Positions 56,749-64,000 of a DNA stretch of 64,000 bases are shown here, in pieces. Location: contig CBDCDZ010000004.1 of NCBI GenBank assembly GCA_965215565.1, positions 3,200,001-3,264,000 on the forward strand, written 5' to 3'. Numbering within the stretch: the first letter of the stretch is position 1; the number at the start of each line of letters is the position of its first letter. The stretch is from Trueperaceae bacterium (GTDB lineage: Bacteria > Deinococcota > Deinococci > Deinococcales > Trueperaceae). The position numbers and the translations under genes were made by a program. The notes beneath the pieces are model-generated. The model worked only from the letters and a program-made list of their open reading frames with translations. It made no database searches and was not told the origin of the DNA.

Positions 56749-57777
56749 ATGGCGAGTGACGAATTCTTCTTAGACGATTTGGACAGTGATTGGGAGAGTG
56801 GCAGCTCGGCTGGCAACGACTTAGACGTTGCCGCCGCCGTCCACGTAACCCAGAAATCCATCGAGGTGCAAAACCTCAATAAAGTGCGCGGCAAGCGCCC
56901 CGTCGTGCGCGACCTCAGCTTTCACGTCAACCCCGGTGAGGTCTACGCGCTCGTCGGACCGAACGGCGCGGGCAAAACTACCGTGATTCGGCTCCTGACG
57001 GGGCTCATCTTTCCCACCTCGGGCACGGTCAAGCTGCTCGGCGAGGACCCCCTGAGCGCACCTGAAGTGCGCCGCAAACTGGGCGCGGTGGTGGAAGCGC
57101 CAGCGGCGTTTTATCCCTACTTGACAGGACGCGCCAACTTACACCTGCACGCGCAGCTCGCGGGCGGCGTCGAAGCGGAGCGTATCGGCGAGGTTTTGGA
57201 CACCGTCGAACTCGGCAACGCGGCGGAGCGCAAAGTCGGCGCGTATAGCCTTGGAATGCGGCAGCGTCTGGGCGTAGCGGCGGCGATCTTAACGCGCCCC
57301 GAGGTGCTCATCTTAGACGAGCCCGCGAGCGGGATGGACCCCTTGAGCCTCCACCTCGTGCACCGCGTCTTGCGGCAAGCGGCGGAGGGGGGCGCGGCGG
57401 TGCTCCTCTCGACGCACCACCTGGATGAAGTGGTGGCGTACTGCTCGCGCGTCGCCATCCTAGAAGAGGGCGCGTTGGTCGAAGAGGTGGATTTGCAGGA
57501 GCGCCGCCAGCGCTACAAGGCTCGAGTCTCCAACGCTGCGGGGGCCAAAGTCGCGCTGCAAACGCAACCCTTTATCAGCGAGGTCAGCGGCGGCGAGGGC
57601 GAAGTGACCTTCTCGCTCGCGGACGTGAACGCTCTGGGGCGCGTCCCTAGCACCCTCGTCAACGCGGGCGTCGAGGTGCTGGAGTTAGCTGAGGACACCT
57701 TCAACCTCCAGGCCTACTACGCCGAGCGCGTGGCGCGGAAGCAAGCCGCCGCGAAAGAGGTCAGGCAAGCCGCATGA
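56749..57777 (+). CDS. ABC exporter ATPase
   Basis: GPNGAGKTT, YSLGMRQR, DEPASG; acidic N-terminal extension. Confidence 0.9.
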   Translation: MASDEFFLDDLDSDWESGSSAGNDLDVAAAVHVTQKSIEVQNLNKVRGKRPVVRDLSFHVNPGEVYALVGPNGAGKTTVIRLLTGLIFPTSGTVKLLGEDPLSAPEVRRKLGAVVEAPAAFYPYLTGRANLHLHAQLAGGVEAERIGEVLDTVELGNAAERKVGAYSLGMRQRLGVAAAILTRPEVLILDEPASGMDPLSLHLVHRVLRQAAEGGAAVLLSTHHLDEVVAYCSRVAILEEGALVEEVDLQERRQRYKARVSNAAGAKVALQTQPFISEVSGGEGEVTFSLADVNALGRVPSTLVNAGVEVLELAEDTFNLQAYYAERVARKQAAAKEVRQAA

Positions 57778-58547
57778 AAACGCTCCTCAAGTTAGAGTTC
57801 GGCAAGCTCTTTCACCTCTCGAGCCTCCGCTTCAGCTTAGGGCTCCTGGCGCTCTTTCCCGTCGTCTGGGCGTACGCGCCGGGCGTGCACGACATCTACG
57901 GCTTTTTCATCGTTTCGGGCTACCAGGTGCCGGGTCTGACGCTCCTCTCGAGCATGGAGTTTTTGCTCCCCCTGCTCGTTGCCATCGCCAGCGCCGAACT
58001 CGTCGGTTTAGAGCGCACCTACGGCACACTGCCCACCGTGCTCCTGCGCCCCGTCACCCGCTCGCAGTGGCTCCTCACGAAGCTTTTAGTCGCGTTCGCC
58101 TATCCCTTTTTGCTGCTCGCCTTTCTTTTCATCGTCTCGCTCCTTTCGGGCGTGTTCTTCGGCTACGGCGCGTTCGTCGGCGGCACGGGCGTGGGGGACG
58201 CGGGGCTCTTGGGTCAGGGCGCAACGACGCCGGGCACGGCCTTAGGCGAACTCTTGCGCGCTTACTTCGTCGCCGCCTTTAGCCTCGTCCCCATCGGTCT
58301 CTTAGCGGTGCTCTTCACCGTCATTTTCATGAACGCCGCCGGGGGCGCACTGGCGACGCTCTCAATCCTCATCTTTATGAAACTCCTCGTCGTCTTTCCG
58401 GGCTTGGGGCGCTTTCTCTTGACGGAGCACCTAGACGCCTACGCCGCGCCGGGCGGCACGCTGCCCTGGGCAATGATGCTCCTCGCGGTCTACGCCGCCG
58501 CCTTCGCCGCGCTCTCCGTGACGCTTTTCGAGCGGAAGGACTTCTAG
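57774..58547 (+). CDS. ABC-2 permease
   Basis: E...GTL..VLLRPV.R, C-terminal FERKDF. Confidence 0.88.
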   Translation: MKTLLKLEFGKLFHLSSLRFSLGLLALFPVVWAYAPGVHDIYGFFIVSGYQVPGLTLLSSMEFLLPLLVAIASAELVGLERTYGTLPTVLLRPVTRSQWLLTKLLVAFAYPFLLLAFLFIVSLLSGVFFGYGAFVGGTGVGDAGLLGQGATTPGTALGELLRAYFVAAFSLVPIGLLAVLFTVIFMNAAGGALATLSILIFMKLLVVFPGLGRFLLTEHLDAYAAPGGTLPWAMMLLAVYAAAFAALSVTLFERKDF

Positions 58548-58636
58548 GGGAGCCGGCGCGCAACTCAACCGGTGCACTGCACACCTCTTCACCCCCGAGC
58601 TTCTCCTACGGAGTCTGAGGGTGGTACGCTTGAGGG

Positions 58637-59890
58637 GTGCGCGTCCGGTTCTTCTCACGACTACTCATCCTCACCCTTTGCCTTGCTCCTGGTCTCACCC
58701 TTCAGAGTGCGTCGGCTATTTCTTACACCGTCCAGGTGGCGGCGCTCTCCGACGAAGATGCGGCGTTAGCGCTCCAACAGAGCTTGCGCCAGGAGGGGTT
58801 TCCAGCCTACTTGGTGAGCGTGCCGAGCGAGAGCGGCACGATATTCAGGCTGCGCGTGGGCGCGTTCGCGGACCGCGCCGCCGCGCAGACCTACGCCGAG
58901 ACGATGCGCGGCGTCGGCGGCACCGCGCCTGTGCCCGCGCTAGCGGAAGGCATCCCGGCGGAGCTTTTTCCTTTGGAGCCGACGCTTCTGAGCCGCTACG
59001 ACGCCGCGCCCGAGATGGTGAGCGTCCAGGTCACGCCCTGGGGCGAGGGGGCGGCGCTGCGTACGCAAGGGCGCTTCGAAGACCAGCCTTTTATCGCGGA
59101 GTACCGCGTGCTGCGCGGGGGCGCGGACGCGCGTCCTTTCGCAGCGTGGCGAGCTGAGCCAGGCGTTAGGGAGACGGTCCTGCGCGTTCACAACAGGCTG
59201 CTTTGGTCAGAAGAAGAGATGAGCGAGGCCGAGCGCGAAGCGTACGCCGAGGCGCAGCTTAACGAGGTGGCGCAGCGGCTAAACTTGACGCCCGAGCAGG
59301 TGCGCCCTTACCTCTTCTTCGAGCCCGGACGCGGCGCGCCCTTTCTCGTGCTCGCCGAGCAGTTTGTCCTAACGGGTAACGCTCAGCAAGTCTCGAGTAC
59401 GCCGGCTAGTCCAGCAGCCGATGGTCCAGCAGCCGATGATCCGGTATCAGGCGGCGCGACTTCCGGTAGTTCGCCTTCAGATGCCATAAGTTCGGATGCT
59501 GTGGGTTCAAATGCCTTGGGTGAGCGCCTGCGCGCCCTCGGCAACCCAGCCGAGCGGACGCCGCCCGGCGGTCCGAGCCTCACCTGGTTCGACCGCGCCC
59601 CGCCTGAGGGCTTTCCTACCGACTTGCCCGCCCCGCTCTTCGACTTACAGACGCTCTTTGACGATGGGGAACTCGAGCGCGATCCCTCACGCACCCTCAC
59701 TGGTGACGGCTGGCAGGCGTCACCCCAAGGCGAGTACACAGAGCTGAGCGTAGGGGAGAGAACCTGGCGGGCGGTAGTAGGCTACCCGCTCTGGGCAGGG
59801 GGAGACTACCTCTTGGTCTACACAGACGCGCCCGTGCTCTACAAGTTGGTGCGTCCGGGGCAGGCGGCGGAAGATAGCGATGAGCAATGA
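58637..59890 (+). CDS. SPOR-domain secreted protein
   Basis: Signal peptide; YTVQVAAL..A..L...GF.AY..FRLRVGAF. Confidence 0.8.
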   Translation: MRVRFFSRLLILTLCLAPGLTLQSASAISYTVQVAALSDEDAALALQQSLRQEGFPAYLVSVPSESGTIFRLRVGAFADRAAAQTYAETMRGVGGTAPVPALAEGIPAELFPLEPTLLSRYDAAPEMVSVQVTPWGEGAALRTQGRFEDQPFIAEYRVLRGGADARPFAAWRAEPGVRETVLRVHNRLLWSEEEMSEAEREAYAEAQLNEVAQRLNLTPEQVRPYLFFEPGRGAPFLVLAEQFVLTGNAQQVSSTPASPAADGPAADDPVSGGATSGSSPSDAISSDAVGSNALGERLRALGNPAERTPPGGPSLTWFDRAPPEGFPTDLPAPLFDLQTLFDDGELERDPSRTLTGDGWQASPQGEYTELSVGERTWRAVVGYPLWAGGDYLLVYTDAPVLYKLVRPGQAAEDSDEQ

Positions 59891-59922
59891 GTCCAGAGGG
59901 CTCCACTCATCGCTCGTTCAAC
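59876..59922. repeat. Heptamer inverted array between convergent genes
   Basis: agcgatgagcaatgagt...actcatcgctcgtt. Confidence 0.6.
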
Positions 59923-60916
59923 GAGCAGAGACTAACACCCGCTCCGCCAACACCTCGGCGAACCGCTCCGGCTCCTCCAGATGCGGGCAGTGCGCCGAGC
60001 GCTCGAACCAGACGAGTTCTTTTTCAGGCGCATCTACCTCATAGAAGTAGGCTTGCGCCAAGTCGGTAGGCGTCACGACGTCGTGACGCCCCGCGAAGAG
60101 GTAGAGGGGCACCTGCAGCGACGCGGCGCTCTCGAAGAGATTGACGCGCAGCTTCGTGGACCAGAGGGATTCTAAAGAGAAGAAGAGCGCCTGAAAGTAG
60201 CGCGGCACCTCTTTAGGCGTGTAGAAGCGCACCCCTGTCCAGAGAGCGCGAAAGAGGTCCCCGGAGCGGTAGAAGAGGTTGCCCATCCGGTAGAGCCACC
60301 ACCAGCGCATCAGAAAACTGTTCGCCGCAGCGTCCGGCTCACCTAAGAGGTGCAGGCGGCGCAGCGTCGCCATGCGCCTGAGCTGCTGCGCCCTAGCGAG
60401 CACATGGTTGTAGAAGCGCGTCTCGTTCTCCTGACCGTGCACGAGCGGTCCCACGCCCACGAGCGCGTGAAACAGCTCCGGGTGGCGTTGCGCGGTGAGC
60501 GCGCCCAACGCGCCCCCCCACGAATGACCAACCAGCAGGAGTTTCTCCCTCTGAAAGCGCCCCTGTAAGAGTCTGGTGAGGTCCCTGGTGTCCGCGATGA
60601 GGTGGTCTAAGGTCATGACCTCGCGTGACATCCCAGGTACGAAGCTCCGCCCTGCGCCGCGCTGGTCCCAGTGCACCACCAAGAAGTGCCGCTCCAAAGC
60701 GCGCATGTAGGGCGACAGGCTCATCTCAGAAACGCCGGGTCCGCCGTGCAAAAAGAGCAGCACGGGGTTGCGCGGTGAGCCGCGCAGGAGGAGGGTCTGC
60801 TCCAAGCGCCCTAGCGTCACCCGCTCCAAGCTGTTAAGCGTATCTAATGTGGAGACCAACTCGGGTCCCCCGTATTCACCCCTGTACTCACTACGTCCAC
60901 TTGCCCCCCCATTCAC
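59918..60916 (-). CDS. Alpha/beta hydrolase (proline iminopeptidase-like)
   Basis: HGGPG, WDQRGAG, GHSWG, SAH; start uncertain. Confidence 0.88.
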   Translation of the reverse strand: MNGGASGRSEYRGEYGGPELVSTLDTLNSLERVTLGRLEQTLLLRGSPRNPVLLFLHGGPGVSEMSLSPYMRALERHFLVVHWDQRGAGRSFVPGMSREVMTLDHLIADTRDLTRLLQGRFQREKLLLVGHSWGGALGALTAQRHPELFHALVGVGPLVHGQENETRFYNHVLARAQQLRRMATLRRLHLLGEPDAAANSFLMRWWWLYRMGNLFYRSGDLFRALWTGVRFYTPKEVPRYFQALFFSLESLWSTKLRVNLFESAASLQVPLYLFAGRHDVVTPTDLAQAYFYEVDAPEKELVWFERSAHCPHLEEPERFAEVLAERVLVSAR

Positions 60917-61214
60917 TCATCGCGTCGAAAATCGGTCTTAGCGCCCGCCCCCTCTCGGTCAGCGAATATTCGACTCTGGGCGGCACCTCGGCGTAGACTT
61001 CCCTCTCTACAATACCGTGCGCCTCGAGTTCGCGCAGTCTGTCGGTCAAAGTTTTAGGGCTCACGCCCACCAAAGAGGCGCGTATCTCGCCGAAGCGCTT
61101 CGTACCACCCAACAGCTCGCGCACGATGAGCGTGGTCCACTTGCCGCCGATGATGTTGACGGTGCGCTCGACGGTGCACTGAGGCGTACGGGCTACTTTC
61201 TCTTCATAATTCAT
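60891..61214 (-). CDS. HxlR (MarR/DUF24) regulator
   Basis: N-terminal Cys, GGKW, RFGE, EVPPRVEYSLT. Confidence 0.92.
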   Translation of the reverse strand: MNYEEKVARTPQCTVERTVNIIGGKWTTLIVRELLGGTKRFGEIRASLVGVSPKTLTDRLRELEAHGIVEREVYAEVPPRVEYSLTERGRALRPIFDAMSEWGGKWT

Positions 61215-61393
61215 TACCTAAAATTATGTTACAGCGCGTAAGCTTCGTCAAGCTAATTCCGTTTGTGGGTTGCGAGGAGGAGCACCGGAGCAGGTTCCTA
61301 GGTCAAGAGGATGCAGAAGGCAGAAGGTCTAATTTCTCCTGTCGCCCAACTAGCCTCGAGCCTAATTCATATCTGACACCCGAATCCTCTATA

Positions 61394-61409
61394 GTTACTT
61401 TTTAGATAC
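61394..61409. promoter_or_regulatory. Possible HxlR-family operator
   Basis: gttac-ttttta-gatac imperfect dyad between hxlR and nmrA-like gene. Confidence 0.35.
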
Positions 61410-61480
61410 TACTTCACAAATAGAACTTTTGGTGCTAGACTCGTTTTATGCCTTTTATGTTGGGCGAGCAAAGGAGCGAT

Positions 61481-62392
61481 ATGACGAACCGGAACGTACT
61501 GGTCTACGGTGCGACAGGCTCACAAGCCAAGCCCGTAGCGAGAAAACTTTTAGATGCGGGACACACCGTGCGTGTGATGACGAGGGACCCCGGCAAAGCT
61601 GAAGACTTGGCTAATGCGGGCGCAGAGGTCTTCCAGGGTGACATGGGCGACTTGGAGAGCTTAAAGCGTGCGAGTGGCGGGATGGACGCGGTCTTTTTGC
61701 TCGTCCCCTTCTTCACTCAAAACCCTACCGACGGGGTGACTTATGGCAAAAACGCCGTTGACGCGGCGGTAGAGGCGGGCGTCAACCTCTTGGTCTGGAA
61801 TACGAGCGGTGAAATTCCACCCCAGCGCAGCGGCAACCCCGGCTTCGACGTGCGTTTGGACGTGTTGGAGCATCTGGAGGCGAGCGGTCTCCCTCACGTG
61901 GTCTTGCAACCGACGGCGTACATGGAGAACTTCTTGGGTCCGTGGACGCGCGCCGAAGTGGCTGAAGAGGACGTCTTCGCCTACCCCACACCCGACACGG
62001 TGCAGATGCAGTGGGTGGCGACGGACGACGTGGCGTCCTTCGCGGTCTACGCTCTGGAGCATCCCGAACTCGCCGACCTCAACATCAAGGTGTGCGGCCC
62101 CGAAAAACTCAACGGTACGGAGGTGGCGAAGCGTTTCAGCCGAGGCTTAGAGCGAGACGTCACCTTCCGAGCGATGCCCGCCCGAGAATTCGGAGAGAAG
62201 ATCGACGCGGTTTTCCCCGGCATGGGCGAGAGCGCGGCGCAGGGGTACGCAATGGCGTACGAGCACCCGGAGGTGTTCTCCTCCAACGTCGATTTAGATG
62301 CGGCGCTCGAGAAGATGCCTGTCGAGCTGACCTCTTTAGAGGTGTGGGTGCGCCAGCACGCAGAGGCGTTCTCCGCTCAGACGGTAAAATAA
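61481..62392 (+). CDS. NmrA-family NAD(P)-binding protein
   Basis: VYGATGSQ, QPTAYMEN; AAGGAG before ATG 61481. Confidence 0.88.
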   Translation: MTNRNVLVYGATGSQAKPVARKLLDAGHTVRVMTRDPGKAEDLANAGAEVFQGDMGDLESLKRASGGMDAVFLLVPFFTQNPTDGVTYGKNAVDAAVEAGVNLLVWNTSGEIPPQRSGNPGFDVRLDVLEHLEASGLPHVVLQPTAYMENFLGPWTRAEVAEEDVFAYPTPDTVQMQWVATDDVASFAVYALEHPELADLNIKVCGPEKLNGTEVAKRFSRGLERDVTFRAMPAREFGEKIDAVFPGMGESAAQGYAMAYEHPEVFSSNVDLDAALEKMPVELTSLEVWVRQHAEAFSAQTVK

Positions 62393-62395
62393 CGC

Positions 62396-63028
62396 ATGAA
62401 ACTCGCGATTTTTGGTGCAACAGGGAAGACAGGCAAGCCGCTCGTCGAACAGGCGTTGGCGCAAGGTCACGAAGTGACGGCGCTCGTGCGCACGCCGTCC
62501 AAGCTCCCCATCCAGAGCAGTGACCTCACGCTCGTGCAGGGCGACGCGACGGACGCTATGGACGTGGACCGCATCGTTATTGGCGCGGACGCGGTGCTGA
62601 GCGCCCTCGGTCACGTCAAAGGCTCGCCCGACGACGTGCAGACCGTCGCGACGGAGCACATCATCAAGGCGATGAAGCGGCGCGGTGTGAAGCGCTTCGT
62701 CAGCTTGACGGGCGCGGGCGTCGAAGACCCGAACGACGAACCTAAGTTCGCCGACAAGGTCATCCGCTTCTTGCTCAAGACCTTTGCGGGCAAAGTCTTA
62801 GAAGACGCTAAGAACCACGCCGAGGTGCTGCGCCGAAATAGAGACATCGACTGGGTGATGGTGCGCGGACCAAGGCTCACGAACGGCGCGCATACGGGGG
62901 AATACCGCGTAGGTTATGTGGGAAAGAACTCGAGCACCCAAATCTCCCACGCCGACACCGCTGACTTTATGTTGAAACAAGTGACCGACGATACTTACAT
63001 TCATGAAGCGCCGGTGGTGAGTTACTAG
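62396..63028 (+). CDS. NAD(P)-dependent oxidoreductase (BVR-B-like SDR)
   Basis: IFGATGKTG, VR.PSKL, W.MVR.P.L, IS.ADTADF. Confidence 0.88.
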   Translation: MKLAIFGATGKTGKPLVEQALAQGHEVTALVRTPSKLPIQSSDLTLVQGDATDAMDVDRIVIGADAVLSALGHVKGSPDDVQTVATEHIIKAMKRRGVKRFVSLTGAGVEDPNDEPKFADKVIRFLLKTFAGKVLEDAKNHAEVLRRNRDIDWVMVRGPRLTNGAHTGEYRVGYVGKNSSTQISHADTADFMLKQVTDDTYIHEAPVVSY

Positions 63029-63029
63029 A

Positions 63030-63092
63030 AAGCAACGAGCAATGAGTCTAAAGTTTTTTACTCATTGCTCGTTGCTTGTTACTCATTGCTAC
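63030..63092. repeat. GAGCAAY heptamer inverted array
   Basis: agcaacgagcaatgagt...actcattgctcgttgct (17 bp perfect arms). Confidence 0.8.
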
Positions 63093-63128
63093 AGTACTGA
63101 CTTCGCATCCTCGACTGGAGGTTTTATC

Positions 63129-63767
63129 TTGCTTCACATTGATGTTTACGCCGACCTCGTCTGCCCCTGGTGCGCTATCGGGGAGGCGCGCTTGGAGAAG
63201 GCGCTCGCCGCGCGCCCGGACCTCGGCGTCACGCGCCGCTGGCGTCCCTTTCAACTCCGCCCCGAGATGCCCGAAAGTGGGCTGCCCTGGCGCGACTTCG
63301 CCAAGGAGAAGTTCGGTGGGATGAAAAACGCCGAAGCCGCCTTCGCGCAGGTGACGCAGCTCGCCGAAGCGGAGGGCTTGACCTTTGACTTCGGGCGCGT
63401 AGCGAGCGCGCCCAACACGGTGGACGCGCACCGGCTCGTGCTGCTGGCGTCTCGACAGGATAAAACGTGGGAGACAGCGCACGCGCTCTTCCGAGGCTAC
63501 TTCGCGGAGGGGCGGAACTTGAACGCCTCGGATGACCTCTTGGCGGTGGCGCAAGAGGTTGGACTGGAGGGTGCAACCACCTTGGAGAGCGACGCCTACA
63601 CACAAGAGGTCTGGGAGAGCCAACAAGAGGCGCAGCGCTTGGGCGTTTCAGGTGTACCGTTTTATGTTTTCAACGGGACGCACGGGCTTTCGGGTGCGCA
63701 ACCCGTCGGGACATTTTTACAAGTTTTGGACGCGCTCGCCCAGCCAGAAGCCAGCGCATCTGCGTAA
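63129..63767 (+). CDS. frnE: DsbA-family (FrnE-like) oxidoreductase
   Basis: D.VCPWC.IG, PFQLRP, GVSGVP, SGAQP; GGAGG before TTG 63129. Confidence 0.82.
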   Translation: MLHIDVYADLVCPWCAIGEARLEKALAARPDLGVTRRWRPFQLRPEMPESGLPWRDFAKEKFGGMKNAEAAFAQVTQLAEAEGLTFDFGRVASAPNTVDAHRLVLLASRQDKTWETAHALFRGYFAEGRNLNASDDLLAVAQEVGLEGATTLESDAYTQEVWESQQEAQRLGVSGVPFYVFNGTHGLSGAQPVGTFLQVLDALAQPEASASA

Positions 63768-63788
63768 GGGCGGGTTTCAAACCCCTAC
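63764..63788. repeat. REP-like palindrome (partial)
   Basis: gtaagggcgggtttcaaacccctac. Confidence 0.6.
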
Positions 63789-63882
63789 CACGCTGCTGCA
63801 TTCCCTGTGTTTGTCGGCAGCGCTAAAATTCGTTCAAAAATGTACACGCGCCTTTACGCTGCGCACTCTGTATGGTGTGACG

Positions 63883-64000
63883 ATGACCTACGAAGAACTC
63901 CACACCCTCACCGCACGCTGGATGAACGAGGTCTGGCAGAAGCGTGATTTAGCCGCACTGGACGAACTTCATGCCCCGAACTTCCGCGACCGCAGCCCAG
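63883..64000 (+). CDS. SnoaL-like/ester cyclase protein, 3' end outside window
   Basis: MTYEELHTLTARWMNEVWQKRDLAALDELHAPNFRD. Confidence 0.7.
   Translation, partial: MTYEELHTLTARWMNEVWQKRDLAALDELHAPNFRDRSP

Noticed and set aside
59411..59520. 15-bp tandem repeats in the SPOR gene
   Set aside because: In-frame low-complexity linker expansion, a common feature

Overview
A GC-rich (roughly 60% by eye) bacterial chromosomal segment, most likely Deinococcota (Truepera-like), judged from the Thermus/Deinococcus-type hpa cluster, recF-DUF721 and many -10 boxes placed directly before start codons. It carries housekeeping and metabolic genes: tandem DUF2723 glycosyltransferases, TPP riboswitch-thiB/thiP/thiQ/thiN, fabH, azlCD, galT, nfo, a GGDEF protein, lysS, greA, a BCCT transporter, a 4-hydroxyphenylacetate (hpa) catabolic cluster with a Liv-type ABC importer, nfi, recF, a frameshifted sufU, acpS, rpiA, bcp and an HxlR/NmrA/FrnE group. 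Two VapBC-type toxin-antitoxin pairs lie within or next to metabolic genes. I found no rRNA, tRNA, CRISPR array or transposase. The most striking signal is non-coding. About 13 copies of a 90-200 bp MITE-like element (TAGCAG...CTGCTA ends) carry, at fixed positions, 20-25 nt micro-inserts built on GNA-loop hairpins with co-varying stems. These inserts nest inside one another, and one also occurs outside the MITE as a precise filled-versus-empty site. Other highlights are a leaderless tetraproline mini-ORF followed by a terminator (possible attenuator), a PaaR-type operator in the ABC importer promoter, a HIT gene apparently starting at ATC, and over-represented CTCGAG. All calls are from reading the sequence by eye; no database searches were run.
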